Source: a virus. From it: a DNA stretch of 64,000 nt. Under the pieces are notes generated by a model, which ran no database searches, was not told the origin of the DNA, and was given only the letters and a program-made list of their open reading frames with translations. Positions 9,075-19,098 of this stretch are shown in pieces. The stretch's first letter is position 1. Every line of letters starts with the position of its first letter. Made by a program: the position numbers and the translations under genes. Location: IMG/VR virus record IMGVR_UViG_3300009514_000374, positions 64,001-128,000 of that record. One strand, written 5' to 3'.

Positions 9075-9842
9075 ATGAAAAAACTGGCCGCCACTGCACT
9101 GGTTGTCGGGCTTGCGCTGCCCGCTACTGCCTGCAAACCCAAGAAGGGCACTGCCCACCCGGAGGACTACTACCCGTTGATCCTCGTTGCCCTGGAGAGC
9201 GGAAAAACCGCTGCCATGATTGGGCGCAACGAGGCGATCAGCAAGGAGAATTTCGCGGGCTGCGTCACGTCTGAGGTTCTGATCTCGGCGACAGGGGCTT
9301 CGATGGAAGCCCTGTCCGGCAAGCTCGGAGGGACGGTCGTGATCCCCGGCATCGACGTGGACCTGTCTGAGTGTATGCCCTTCAATCCCAAGGATCCGAA
9401 GGGCAACGACGACGTGGGCGTGATCGTGGAGCAGGCCGTTGGCGTCGCTCTCGGGCTCGGAGCCCACTATGCGACCAAGCTGGAGGCCACGGACTGCAAG
9501 AAATCCAAGGCGGCGATGGGTGCCATCGCGTACCTCCAGAGCCTCGTGGGACCTGTTGCGGCTGAGATCGCCGAACCCGATGGGGTGTTCACGGTGCCTT
9601 CGCTCACCATCGATCTTGGCGAGTGCGGCGGCGGGGAGCCTCCGGCCGACGACGGATCCGATTCGACTGAGGACGCTCCGGCGGACGCTCCGGCGGACGC
9701 TCCGGCTGAGCCCCCGGCCGAGGACAAGACCGAAGCTCCCGCCGAGGACAAACCCGCCGAGGACAAACCAGCCGAACCGGCTGCGGAAGGTGACTCGACC
9801 GAGGAAGCCAAGCCCGCCGAGGGCGAAGGCGACGGCGGCTAG
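9075..9842 (+). CDS. lipoprotein with an acidic Pro/Ala-rich tail
   Basis: MKKLAATALVVGLALPATA-C lipobox; DAPA and AEDKP repeats. Confidence 0.8.
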   Translation: MKKLAATALVVGLALPATACKPKKGTAHPEDYYPLILVALESGKTAAMIGRNEAISKENFAGCVTSEVLISATGASMEALSGKLGGTVVIPGIDVDLSECMPFNPKDPKGNDDVGVIVEQAVGVALGLGAHYATKLEATDCKKSKAAMGAIAYLQSLVGPVAAEIAEPDGVFTVPSLTIDLGECGGGEPPADDGSDSTEDAPADAPADAPAEPPAEDKTEAPAEDKPAEDKPAEPAAEGDSTEEAKPAEGEGDGG

Positions 9843-9857
9843 AACGCGCGTCACGCG

Positions 9858-9902
9858 ACAAAGGGCCAGATCTCGCTTCTAGCGGGGTCTGGCCTTTGTT
9901 TT
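9858..9902 (+). terminator. intrinsic terminator
   Basis: ACAAAGGGCCAGATCTCGC / GCGGGGTCTGGCCTTTGT plus T-tract. Confidence 0.8.
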
Positions 9903-9913
9903 GGGCTGTTCGC

Positions 9914-9940
9914 TATTCCGGCTATGCCCTGCCCCGATTG
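9914..9940 (+). promoter_or_regulatory. late-type promoter motif
   Basis: TAT TCCGG CTAT GCCCTGCCCCGA TTG. Confidence 0.5.
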
Positions 9941-9950
9941 AGGCTTACCT

Positions 9951-10259
9951 ATGCCGTCGAAGCCCTCAGAACGCCGCGTGATCATGGCGAAAAAGGTTGC
10001 CGCCGATTGGCTGGCTAACAACGCCTCGGCCGAATACCGTTTCCGTGTCTACCACAACGCGGACGCGGGGGTATTCGTGAACCTGCTTCGGGGCTTCCGT
10101 GACAACCGGGTAAAGCTCGCGGGCGTAGATCCGATTCCTGACCTTGGGCTCAAGAACGAGGTCAGTGGCTTCACCATTTGGTCGTCGGACTGGTCGGCAC
10201 TCCAATCACTCAAGACCTTCTTGGAAAAGAGGGGCATGGATACGTCGTGGATTTGGTGA
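9951..10259 (+). CDS. hypothetical virion-associated protein (tag-B-like AKKVAADW)
   Basis: ORF directly after the late motif. Confidence 0.65.
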   Translation: MPSKPSERRVIMAKKVAADWLANNASAEYRFRVYHNADAGVFVNLLRGFRDNRVKLAGVDPIPDLGLKNEVSGFTIWSSDWSALQSLKTFLEKRGMDTSWIW

Positions 10260-10262
10260 CCG

Positions 10263-10691
10263 ATGGCCTTGACTCTGATCGAATCCGCGTTCACCTACCG
10301 CTCCGAATTTGGAGGGGAGATCTGGCAATTCACTGTCGTCAACAACCAGAACGCAACGCAAGGTATCCGCGAGATCATCGGACCCTTCGGGCTCGTCCGT
10401 GACACGCAGACGCAGATCCCCGGCTTCGTTCTTGACGACCAATCAACTGCCATCGGGCAGGTGGAGAATCTCTTGGCACAAACATCAGCGGTAAACGGCA
10501 TCCTGACCTTCGCGGGTGAAACGTCCAAGACAGTTACGTTCTCCACCCCCATGGTCAACACGAACTACAGGGTGATCCTCAGTGTCGGGGATTTCGTGCC
10601 CTTCCGAATCCAATTCAAGAGCCTCACGCAGTTTGTGGTCGAGGCGGGCATCACCTTCACCGGCACAGTCGGCTTCGACGTGTTCGTATAG
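10263..10691 (+). CDS. putative structural protein
   Basis: Beta-rich; its C-terminus (TVTFSTPMVNTNYRVILS) resembles the C-terminus of 11456..13108. Confidence 0.6.
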   Translation: MALTLIESAFTYRSEFGGEIWQFTVVNNQNATQGIREIIGPFGLVRDTQTQIPGFVLDDQSTAIGQVENLLAQTSAVNGILTFAGETSKTVTFSTPMVNTNYRVILSVGDFVPFRIQFKSLTQFVVEAGITFTGTVGFDVFV

Positions 10692-10699
10692 GAGACACC

Positions 10700-11446
10700 A
10701 TGAGCCTACGCAACGATTTGATCCGACTCGCCCACGTTGACCCCGAGATCCGTGAGGCCGTCATGCCCATGCTCAGCAAGCAGGCTTTCGACACCGACCA
10801 GGAGCGGCTGCTCGACGCGATCGTTCTAGCTGCGGAGAACGAGGGCCGGTTCTACGACAAACGCGATGCCAAGGGGGCGGTGGACGCCGCGTGGAAAACC
10901 CATCGCAAGGCGACCATCGAAGATTTCGACCACGATTTCAACGCGATCAAAAAAGAGGCCATCAAACAGGTCCGTAAATCGTGGGGGCGTAAGCCCAAGA
11001 AGGCCACTCTCCATTCCAAGCTCGTCCGCCTTGCCCACGCGCAGCCCGAGCTACGCGACGTTCTGATGCCACTGCTCGTTGCGCCGACTCTCACGTTCGG
11101 CAAGGCTGCGGCGGAGCAACGGCCACGCCCCTACGCGGACGAGGATTCGGTGGTTGAGCGGTTGCACGCGGAGCTTTACAAGCTCGCAGAGCAACATCGC
11201 CTTGGTAACGGCCGAGCCCCGGATGGCACGGGAGCCCTGGAGTACCAGATCCGGTTCCTGCGAGCGTCTTCGCACCGTTCGCTTCCCTGGATCTACGACC
11301 ACATTATCCACACGGCCAACTCTGCGATGGCGCAGTCCCCTGTGTTGGAGCCGGTCGCCAAAAAGGTGATCAAAGAAGCCGAAGCTCGGGCGAAGGAATG
11401 GGCCGAGCGCGACCTCGCCCGCCGAACAAAGCGGACGCACGCATAG
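10700..11446 (+). CDS. putative internal head protein with two tag-A copies
   Basis: LRNDLIRLAHVDPEIR..KQA and LHSKLVRLAHAQPELR..KAA. Confidence 0.7.
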   Translation: MSLRNDLIRLAHVDPEIREAVMPMLSKQAFDTDQERLLDAIVLAAENEGRFYDKRDAKGAVDAAWKTHRKATIEDFDHDFNAIKKEAIKQVRKSWGRKPKKATLHSKLVRLAHAQPELRDVLMPLLVAPTLTFGKAAAEQRPRPYADEDSVVERLHAELYKLAEQHRLGNGRAPDGTGALEYQIRFLRASSHRSLPWIYDHIIHTANSAMAQSPVLEPVAKKVIKEAEARAKEWAERDLARRTKRTHA

Positions 11447-11455
11447 AGGTAACAG

Positions 11456-13108
11456 ATGGCGCAACCACCATACCAAGTAGACGCCCTAGAGATCGTTGGC
11501 GATAGCGGCCTCGGGTCGCGCCTGATCGAGTCGGGTGCGACGGATGGGACGTTGCGTTTCACCGATACCAAGGTCACCTCCCTTGCGCTGTACGAGCTTA
11601 CCGGGCTCCAGCAAATTGGCGGCGTCATTGTTCTCGGCAAGAGCGGTTCGGGTCGAACCAAGGACGTGGAAGGTAACGAGATCGACACCTTCCAAAAGGC
11701 GTTCGATGCTGTCCCCACGTCGGCAAGCGCAACGAGCCCTTGGGTCGTGCTTGCGATGTCTGGCGTCTACACCGAGGACGTGTTGCTGGAGAAGGATGGC
11801 GTCGAGGTCTTGGGCTTCGGCAACGTCGTCCTGACCAACGCTACGCCGGGTGCCCATACGCTCACGATCGTGGAAGGCCCCTTCTCGGTCCCCAAGCGGG
11901 TTCGTTTCCGTGGGGTTCGCATCGAGAACACGAGCGCTACCGAGGCGTGTGTGCGTCTCACGTCGGCCCTGTTCGCTACAGGCACGGTGACGGTTGCCAC
12001 GGTCCCGTTCGTCGGAGACACGTTCACCGTCTCGGCTACGACGCTCACGGCGGTTGCCAACGGGACGACCCCGGTGGTCGGCGAGTTTGAGCTTGGGACG
12101 GACACGGCCTCTACGGCTGTGAACCTGGCGGCTGCACTCAACGACCCGTTGAATGGCCTGACGACGACCATTCAGGCGTTCGTAGTGGGCAGCGTCGTGA
12201 CGCTCAAGGCGTTCACGCCGGGGCTTGTGGGGAACGCGATTACCATAGCGACCTCTGTGCCCATCGTTCTCGTCCTGTCGGGAGCTTCCCTGGCGGGTGG
12301 GCTCGATTCGGCAGCGGGCTCGACCCTGGCCGATGATCGGATCGATTTCGACGGTTGCGACCTCGTGGCGTCTGGCGTGACCGGGTTCCAGATGATCGCT
12401 GAGTCGGTCAACAACATCTCCATCGTCGGTGGGAATTCAGCCGGGTCAAGTTCCGGCTCGGCCATTCGGGTCCGTGAGTGTGCGAGCTTTGAGGCCAAGG
12501 ATGTCGAGAACCTGGAGATCCTTGACCTGCGGTACGACACCGTGGGCGGAGGGCCGATCCCGAGCGTTGCCACGTCGAGCTACGTGCTGGACGAGCTTTC
12601 GGCCGGCGGCACCCTGACCGGCGCTTTCGACGGTGGCGTGGGCAGCCTGACCATCACAGGGGGCACCTATGCGGGCACCTTGACCTGTACGACTACGGGC
12701 GGAGAGGCTCTTGTAACGACGGGAGGCGCGAGCTTTGGGGCTGTGACCCTGGCGGGCTCCGGCCCCGCGAGCCTCAACCACGTCGCCTGTCCTGGCGTGC
12801 TGACGGTTGGAGGCACGGTTGCTGCCGTGTCGAGGAATTCGGCATGGGGTAGCTTTTTGGGCGCCGGGACGCTCGACATCGACGTGTTTCAGATGTCCGT
12901 GCCGTTTGTGGCCGTCGCTTCGGTGCCTGTTGTGTTCCCGGTGGCACAGCCCGACACGGCCTATCACGTCTACCTCGATTCTGGCCTTGGGGCAGCCGCA
13001 GCTATCACCGATGTGCCGGGAACGTCAGCACGGACGACAGCCGGCTTCTCGCTTGATTTCGGTGCGGCCCAAACAACGACGGTGGGCGTCACCGTGCGGA
13101 GGATCTAA
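11456..13108 (+). CDS. virion fibre/appendage protein with a beta-helix-like segment
   Basis: Gly/Thr/Val-rich; TFQKAFDA...GVYTE pectin-lyase-like start. Confidence 0.65.
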   Translation: MAQPPYQVDALEIVGDSGLGSRLIESGATDGTLRFTDTKVTSLALYELTGLQQIGGVIVLGKSGSGRTKDVEGNEIDTFQKAFDAVPTSASATSPWVVLAMSGVYTEDVLLEKDGVEVLGFGNVVLTNATPGAHTLTIVEGPFSVPKRVRFRGVRIENTSATEACVRLTSALFATGTVTVATVPFVGDTFTVSATTLTAVANGTTPVVGEFELGTDTASTAVNLAAALNDPLNGLTTTIQAFVVGSVVTLKAFTPGLVGNAITIATSVPIVLVLSGASLAGGLDSAAGSTLADDRIDFDGCDLVASGVTGFQMIAESVNNISIVGGNSAGSSSGSAIRVRECASFEAKDVENLEILDLRYDTVGGGPIPSVATSSYVLDELSAGGTLTGAFDGGVGSLTITGGTYAGTLTCTTTGGEALVTTGGASFGAVTLAGSGPASLNHVACPGVLTVGGTVAAVSRNSAWGSFLGAGTLDIDVFQMSVPFVAVASVPVVFPVAQPDTAYHVYLDSGLGAAAAITDVPGTSARTTAGFSLDFGAAQTTTVGVTVRRI

Positions 13109-13683
13109 TGAGCGGACAAGACGATTTCTGGAGCGACCTGAGCCTGAGCCCCTTCACGGGGCCAACCTCGATGGATCACCATCTGTCGGAGGATACGATC
13201 GGTGGCCCTAAGTTCTCCTCGCTGCAAGACCTGACCGACCGAGGACGGGATGCGAATGGGCTGGACCTTGGGGTTCCCGCTGGCACGCGCGTTGTGGCCG
13301 TCACGAACATCGGTTCGGTCCTGACACACCCCGATCTCCCCGAGCCTGACGTGGAGGGCACGGTCGTCACGGTGCGCACGGCTCAGGGCGACCTGACCAG
13401 TCTCAACGACGAGGTTTTCGTCAAGTGGGACGACGGTAAGCTCCGCGCCATCCACAGACATTTCCTGCGTCGTGCAAAGACGAGTCGCAAGCGCGCGTCG
13501 GCGTTTTGCGTTCGCGCCAGCGGCATCGGAGACATCAGCCAGTTTTTCACTCGTGCGAACGATGGGAAGGCGAACGACCTCGTTCACAAGAGCACGAAAG
13601 ACCTGTGGAGCTTTGAGCAGAGCGACGACGGGATCGTGATTTCTCGTCTGTTCGATGACACCGGGGAACCCTTGAAAGGCTAG
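13108..13683 (+). CDS. hypothetical head-module protein
   Basis: Translationally coupled ORF. Confidence 0.65.
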   Translation: MSGQDDFWSDLSLSPFTGPTSMDHHLSEDTIGGPKFSSLQDLTDRGRDANGLDLGVPAGTRVVAVTNIGSVLTHPDLPEPDVEGTVVTVRTAQGDLTSLNDEVFVKWDDGKLRAIHRHFLRRAKTSRKRASAFCVRASGIGDISQFFTRANDGKANDLVHKSTKDLWSFEQSDDGIVISRLFDDTGEPLKG

Positions 13684-13685
13684 CC

Positions 13686-14951
13686 GTGAACATCGGCAAT
13701 CCACTTAGCTGGTCCCTTGAGGGGATGAATGCCCGCAACTTGCGGCCGGGGGATCCTCGTATCTCGTGGATGTACTACGACGACGACAATTGGGAGTTTG
13801 AGGCGCACGCGGAACGAAACGAGCGCGAAGATCGTCGTCTGATCGGGTTCCACCTATTCGTGCGGCCAAAGGGTGCTGATCTTGACGAGCGGAAACGGAT
13901 CAAATTCGATCTCCCCAACGAGCGCACTGTGGCGCGTACCGCTGAACAGTGGCTTCGCCAACACGGGCGCACTGCTAAGGCGCCCAAGGTACCAAAGCCA
14001 ACCAAGAGGCTGACACCCAAGGCCCCTCCGAAAGCCAAGCCCGCCAAGGCGCCCAAGGCCCCGAAGCCCAAGAAGGCGCCTTCTCCCGTGCAAAAAGCTG
14101 TGCGCACGGTTCAAAAGGGCGTTCGGCAGTTTGAACGGGGGCGGTCTAAATCACCAGCGGCGAAGGGGATCCGCACCCTCACACAGCTTGGGGAGCGTGC
14201 GCACGGTTTGCTGATGCAGCACAAGGGAGACACGGATCTCTCTATAGGAAACCCCCGTACAGGAGCGCCAATGACGCAAATCGATCCATCTCGGCTCGCC
14301 GAACGCCATGAATGGCGGGAATTGGCGCGTGAAGCGGAGCCTTTGCTCTCCGAAGCCAAGGCGATTCTCAAGGCCGAGGGTCGAATCAAGGCCGCGAATC
14401 GGATCAAACTCGCTGGCGAGGTCATTTTCAAAAAGGATCGCGGAGGCGACAAGGACCAGTGGGCCTACGCCGACGTGGCCCCGTCCGAGCGCATGGTGCC
14501 CGGCGATTTCAATTTCTCGCCCAAGAACGCCAAGCCGCTCGCCAAAGTGCTTCGCGCGAGCCTGGCCGCGCTCGGGCATGTTCTGTCGGCGTACCACACC
14601 TTCGCCAAGATCAAGAGTGCGCGGGTAAGCCCTGACGGTAACCTCGGCGGCAAGGGCTACATCCAGAAAATCGCCGACATGCGGCGACAGTACATGAATG
14701 TCGTGGAAGCGTTGTCGGCTCTGACCGACACGATCTACGACGAGGTTCACGCCCCACATTGGGCTGCGGTTTCTCGCCAAGAGGACCCGCAGGACGCGGC
14801 TCAGGTGAAGGAGATGCTCGGCGACGCCGAGGAAATCCGTGAGGATCCCGAAGGGTGGGCCAAGGATCAGATCAAAGACGAATTCGGTGACGACCAAGGT
14901 GCAAAGAAAACTGCGTCCTTGGAAGCCGCCTATTGGGAAGGTGTCGTATGA
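13686..14951 (+). CDS. composite head-module protein with a probable internal in-frame start at 14271
   Basis: Lys/Pro/Ala linker; internal CTAT motif, AGGAG and ATG (MTQIDPSRLAERH). Confidence 0.65.
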   Translation: MNIGNPLSWSLEGMNARNLRPGDPRISWMYYDDDNWEFEAHAERNEREDRRLIGFHLFVRPKGADLDERKRIKFDLPNERTVARTAEQWLRQHGRTAKAPKVPKPTKRLTPKAPPKAKPAKAPKAPKPKKAPSPVQKAVRTVQKGVRQFERGRSKSPAAKGIRTLTQLGERAHGLLMQHKGDTDLSIGNPRTGAPMTQIDPSRLAERHEWRELAREAEPLLSEAKAILKAEGRIKAANRIKLAGEVIFKKDRGGDKDQWAYADVAPSERMVPGDFNFSPKNAKPLAKVLRASLAALGHVLSAYHTFAKIKSARVSPDGNLGGKGYIQKIADMRRQYMNVVEALSALTDTIYDEVHAPHWAAVSRQEDPQDAAQVKEMLGDAEEIREDPEGWAKDQIKDEFGDDQGAKKTASLEAAYWEGVV

Positions 14952-16894
14952 CCGCCAAGCTGCCGACCGACGAGAACACCCCGGACATGGGGTCCAGCTT
15001 TCTTCTGGACACCTTCGATTTCGCCGATGAAATGAACGAGGGCGTTCTCGACGGAGCCGCGCAGCCGGAAGCCTACGGGCTCTCGGGACTCCCTGACGGT
15101 GTGGTGACGAGCGAGGGACACGAGGACCTTGACGTTCCCGATTTCTTGCAAGACACCGAGGAAGGAATGGACCTCGGAGAGCTTGGGATGCTTGCCAGTG
15201 TTTCTGGGCTCCCCCAAGACGAGGACTCTGAGGATCGAGCCCATCAGGACAATGTATCCAACGTGGTCGATTTCTCCTGGCTGGAGGACACCCATCAGGA
15301 TCCCGGCCGTCTCCCCAACCTCAACACGACAACCGTGATCCCCGAGCTTGTTGAGGCATGGGGCACGCGCACCGATGGGATTGAGCGTGTTCCGATGCAG
15401 GAGCACTCGGCAAGCGTCGAGCCCAAAAAGGCTTCCAACGCGGACCTCCGCCGGGTGCTGGCTCGTGCGATGCGTCGTTCGGCCTATGGCGACAACATGG
15501 ACGAGATCAAGGTGGAGATCGTCCGTGACCTCGGCCACGAGGCGAAGCGTGTTGCCAAGGCAGTGAAGGCCATGGAGGCTGAGCACGGCCTGGTCGGCAA
15601 CGTCTACATCCGTGCGACTGCGTTCCCTGGTATCGACCAGGCCAAGTGGGCCAAGCACGTCAAGGCCAAGTGCCCAAATGCCCGTTACCTGATTGCGTGT
15701 GGCTCGTGCGATGCGTGCAAGGGCGGGTGCCCCAAGGACTGTGCCTGCAATCGTTCGCTCGGCCTCAAGGCGGTCGCCAGCGTTCCGTGGGACAAGGCTT
15801 ACGACCACTACGCCCCGCAGTTGGAGATCACGGGTCGGCTCGATCGCATGGCGACCGTGATGGACAAGCGCCTGTCACTCCGCCAAGCGTTCCTGTCTCC
15901 AACCCGAGATACCAGCGCGAAGATCTACGACGAGCGGCCGATCCACAAGACCCCGGTTGAGCGCGTCACGATGGCCGAGGCCAAGGCCGAGTTCGCTGCT
16001 GCGCAACCGGAGGCCCGAGAGGTCGTTCGCCAAGCTGAGCGAGCCCACGCGGCCAAGGTCAAGAAGGTCCAAGCCAAGCTCGGCCAGTGGGTCAAGGCCA
16101 GTCTGCTTTCGGCGGACGAGGCCAAGAAGCTGCTCACCGCTTCCGCGAAGCAGCCCGAGGCGGTTCTGAAAGCTGCGAGCCGTGTCATCACTGCCCGTAA
16201 GAAGCAGGCGTCTTACCAAGGCGACGGCAAGCACTACGACCCCCGCGTGTCGGCGAAGGCCGCCTTCGCTGAGCTTCGGGAGGCCGCACAAGCGCCCGAG
16301 GATCCGGCCTTCCCCAAGCTGGCTGGCGAAACGCTCCACGAGGCCCAAAAGATGATCCGGTACGCCCGTCAGGCGATGTCGGAAGGCTTCATGGGCAAGG
16401 ATCTGAAAGACCTGCTCGCGGGTCGGTTCAGCAAGAAGCTCCGCAAGGCTGCCAAGGAGCAGCTTGTCCAGATCCGCAAGCAACACGAGGGCCTGTCGGG
16501 TGTCGCGTATGTGGACACGGCGGCCTACGCCTCCAAGACGGGAGCGACGGGTTGTGAGCAGGGCGCGGCGAAGCACCGCGCCAACGCCATCCCAACCGCC
16601 CTGGAGATGGATCGGTGTGCCTCGTGCGTGTACCGCAACCAGGACAACCGCTGCCAAAAGTACAACAAGCCGCTCGTCGCTTCCGCTCCCGTGAAGGACG
16701 AGAAAAAGTACCAAGCGGAGCAGATTCGTTTGGCGGACGCGCCCGACCAAGAGGTCACGGCGTCGATGTTCAGCCCGAGTGAATTCGATCTGACCAACAA
16801 CAACTTGGAGGATTTCTCCATCCAAGATGCGCCTGCGCTGGACGACCTCGCCGAGTACACGTTCGGGGGCACGATCATGCACGACGAGGGGTAA
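14948..16894 (+). CDS. large head-module protein with a duplicated Cys-rich domain
   Basis: Two related units: ARAMRRSAYG..EHGLVGNVY and ARQAMSEGFMG..QHEGLSGVAY; KQA site. Confidence 0.7.
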   Translation: MTAKLPTDENTPDMGSSFLLDTFDFADEMNEGVLDGAAQPEAYGLSGLPDGVVTSEGHEDLDVPDFLQDTEEGMDLGELGMLASVSGLPQDEDSEDRAHQDNVSNVVDFSWLEDTHQDPGRLPNLNTTTVIPELVEAWGTRTDGIERVPMQEHSASVEPKKASNADLRRVLARAMRRSAYGDNMDEIKVEIVRDLGHEAKRVAKAVKAMEAEHGLVGNVYIRATAFPGIDQAKWAKHVKAKCPNARYLIACGSCDACKGGCPKDCACNRSLGLKAVASVPWDKAYDHYAPQLEITGRLDRMATVMDKRLSLRQAFLSPTRDTSAKIYDERPIHKTPVERVTMAEAKAEFAAAQPEAREVVRQAERAHAAKVKKVQAKLGQWVKASLLSADEAKKLLTASAKQPEAVLKAASRVITARKKQASYQGDGKHYDPRVSAKAAFAELREAAQAPEDPAFPKLAGETLHEAQKMIRYARQAMSEGFMGKDLKDLLAGRFSKKLRKAAKEQLVQIRKQHEGLSGVAYVDTAAYASKTGATGCEQGAAKHRANAIPTALEMDRCASCVYRNQDNRCQKYNKPLVASAPVKDEKKYQAEQIRLADAPDQEVTASMFSPSEFDLTNNNLEDFSIQDAPALDDLAEYTFGGTIMHDEG

Positions 16895-16897
16895 ACC

Positions 16898-17227
16898 GTG
16901 TCTCTACGCAAGAAACTGATTCGACTCGCTCACCAGAAACCTGAGCTTCGCCCTCACTTGCTGCCGCTGCTCAAGACGGCGATGTACGGCAAGGCGTGGA
17001 TCACGAATTTCAACCGGGCCACGAACATGCTGTGGGTCGGCGTGCAGGGCTACGACGGCATGGTTCGGATGTCGATCAGTGGATCGGGCATGGTCACGTC
17101 GCATGGGCGCCATCCCTCACAGGTGTCTCACAAAGCGCACCAGATCGTTTCCAAGTTTCGGAATGAAGGATTCCCTCGCATTCCACCGCACGGCCACTGG
17201 CCGCCCGAGGTGAAGCCGGACAAATGA
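16898..17227 (+). CDS. small tag-A protein
   Basis: MSLRKKLIRLAHQKPELRPHLLPLLKTA. Confidence 0.75.
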   Translation: MSLRKKLIRLAHQKPELRPHLLPLLKTAMYGKAWITNFNRATNMLWVGVQGYDGMVRMSISGSGMVTSHGRHPSQVSHKAHQIVSKFRNEGFPRIPPHGHWPPEVKPDK

Positions 17228-18519
17228 CCAAGCAGGCATATTGGGAAGGGGTAGACCCCCTTCCCGGCGGCAACATGGACGAGGGCGACATCCACACTTG
17301 TCGGTCCCTGCTTGTCGATGTGCTCGCGTGCCTACGTGCTCAGTCGTGGAACTACCAGACGGCTCACTGGCAGACGGCCGGTGTGCCTGCCTACGGCAAC
17401 CACCTGCTCTTTGAGCGCCTCTACAAATCGGTTCAAGACGAGATCGATACGCTTGCGGAGAAGCTCGTTGGCTACTTTGGCCTCCATGCTGTTGACCCAT
17501 GCGACGTGATGGACAGGGCTCACAAGCTCGTCAAGCAGTGGAAGGCGTATTCGACCTGCCATGTCGAGCGTGGGCTCCACGCCGAGGAACATTTCCAATC
17601 GGGCGTGTCCAATGCGTACCACCAGATCAAGCAGAAGGGGCGCATGACCCTCGGGCTTGACGATTTTCTGATGGCGGCTGCGAACAACCACGAGTCGCAC
17701 ACGTACCTGCTCCAGCAGCTTCTCGTGGACATAAACAAGCTCAACGACGCCTACAAGGAGATGGGCGAGGCTCCGTACAAGGACATGACTCCGCCGTACA
17801 AGACGGCCACGCTGGAGGACGGCGTGGACTGGAGTGCGTGGAAGGGCCTCGATGGCAAGTGGAACATCGAGGGCGATGTGACCGCCGCTGAGTTGGAGCG
17901 CGTTGAGGGATTGATCAAGGCCGACCTTTCCGAAAAGTGCGGCACGCCGCACGGCGGGTGGGGTGGTGAGATGTCCTCGATGGAAAAATCGTGGGGAGGC
18001 TTCTCGTCCTTTCGTCCGGTGCGCCGTGGAGAGCGCGAGGATCAGATCCCTGGCGGTCTTGGCGACAAGGCCAAGACGGACGATTTTGATATTGAGCAAG
18101 TGCTGAAAGGAGTCGATGTCGAGCTTGAGCACACGACCGACCCTGACATCGCCCTGGAGATCGCACTTGATCATCTCACCGAGCACGACGACTACTACAC
18201 GCGACTGGAGAAGGTAGAGAAGCACGCGGCCATTGGTGACCGTGCTGCACCCTCTGTCGAATACTTGTTCCGCGACGATCCCAAGCGCTACGAGTTGACG
18301 GAATTCGTCAAATCGAAAGCCGTGACCAACCTCGACAATGACCCGGCGACACCGCCAACGCCCGTAGAGATCAAGGACGAGCCCGGAGGTAAGGCTCTCT
18401 CTACTTTGCATCGGTACGTGGTCGATACCGAGGAACCCGCTGCTAAGGATGCAGAGGGCATCGAGGAACACCCACCCCTGTCCGATTTCAAGGACTGGAC
18501 GACCGTGAGAGAGAAATAA
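17224..18519 (+). CDS. Dps/ferritin-like domain fused to a DUF5661-like domain
   Basis: AHWQ.....GNHLLFERLY.....IDTLAEK (Dps ferroxidase pattern); KGVDVELEHT.D..IA.EIALDHL.E..DYYTRL. Confidence 0.75.
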   Translation: MTKQAYWEGVDPLPGGNMDEGDIHTCRSLLVDVLACLRAQSWNYQTAHWQTAGVPAYGNHLLFERLYKSVQDEIDTLAEKLVGYFGLHAVDPCDVMDRAHKLVKQWKAYSTCHVERGLHAEEHFQSGVSNAYHQIKQKGRMTLGLDDFLMAAANNHESHTYLLQQLLVDINKLNDAYKEMGEAPYKDMTPPYKTATLEDGVDWSAWKGLDGKWNIEGDVTAAELERVEGLIKADLSEKCGTPHGGWGGEMSSMEKSWGGFSSFRPVRRGEREDQIPGGLGDKAKTDDFDIEQVLKGVDVELEHTTDPDIALEIALDHLTEHDDYYTRLEKVEKHAAIGDRAAPSVEYLFRDDPKRYELTEFVKSKAVTNLDNDPATPPTPVEIKDEPGGKALSTLHRYVVDTEEPAAKDAEGIEEHPPLSDFKDWTTVREK

Positions 18520-19098
18520 ATGTCCGTTGAAAAGCTATTTCCAAGCATCCATGCTCGCGGTGGCGCACAGCCCCCTTTCACGATCCTCGTCGCCAACCTG
18601 ACCTCGCCGGGCGACCCGAGTGTGGGTCGCAACCCCGTGCGGGCTCGTAACGGGTTCCGGCAGCAGAACACAACCCCTGTGGGCCATGCTCCGCATGGCA
18701 CGGTGGTTGGAGCGCGTACCGGGACACTGCTCGGCGGCGCCTTCACTCGTAGCGGGGGCACTGTCACGATCGCCAGCGACGATTTCACTGTCCCGGCCGA
18801 GGTACTGGTCGGCCCGTTCGTACTCGTGACTGACGAGGATTTCGATGCGGATGGCCTTGGGGTCAACGTCGTGGCAACCAATCTTGCGGCGGCCATTGAT
18901 GCCCTGCCTGGCTACAATGCCGTCGCGGCTCTCGCTGTCGTCACGGTGACGGGGCCGCTTGGCGCCAAGATCGATCCGATCGCACAGCGTTGGCAGTTCC
19001 GCACGTTTGGTGCGGTTGCCAACTTTACCACCATCACGCCTGACGGCGGGTTCCTGACGGGAGGGCTGCCCGAGCCGAGGGCGATGGAGATTCTGTGA
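18520..19098 (+). CDS. putative structural protein
   Basis: VATNLAAAID..VVTVTG module resembles TAVNLAAALND..VVTLK in 11456..13108. Confidence 0.6.
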   Translation: MSVEKLFPSIHARGGAQPPFTILVANLTSPGDPSVGRNPVRARNGFRQQNTTPVGHAPHGTVVGARTGTLLGGAFTRSGGTVTIASDDFTVPAEVLVGPFVLVTDEDFDADGLGVNVVATNLAAAIDALPGYNAVAALAVVTVTGPLGAKIDPIAQRWQFRTFGAVANFTTITPDGGFLTGGLPEPRAMEIL

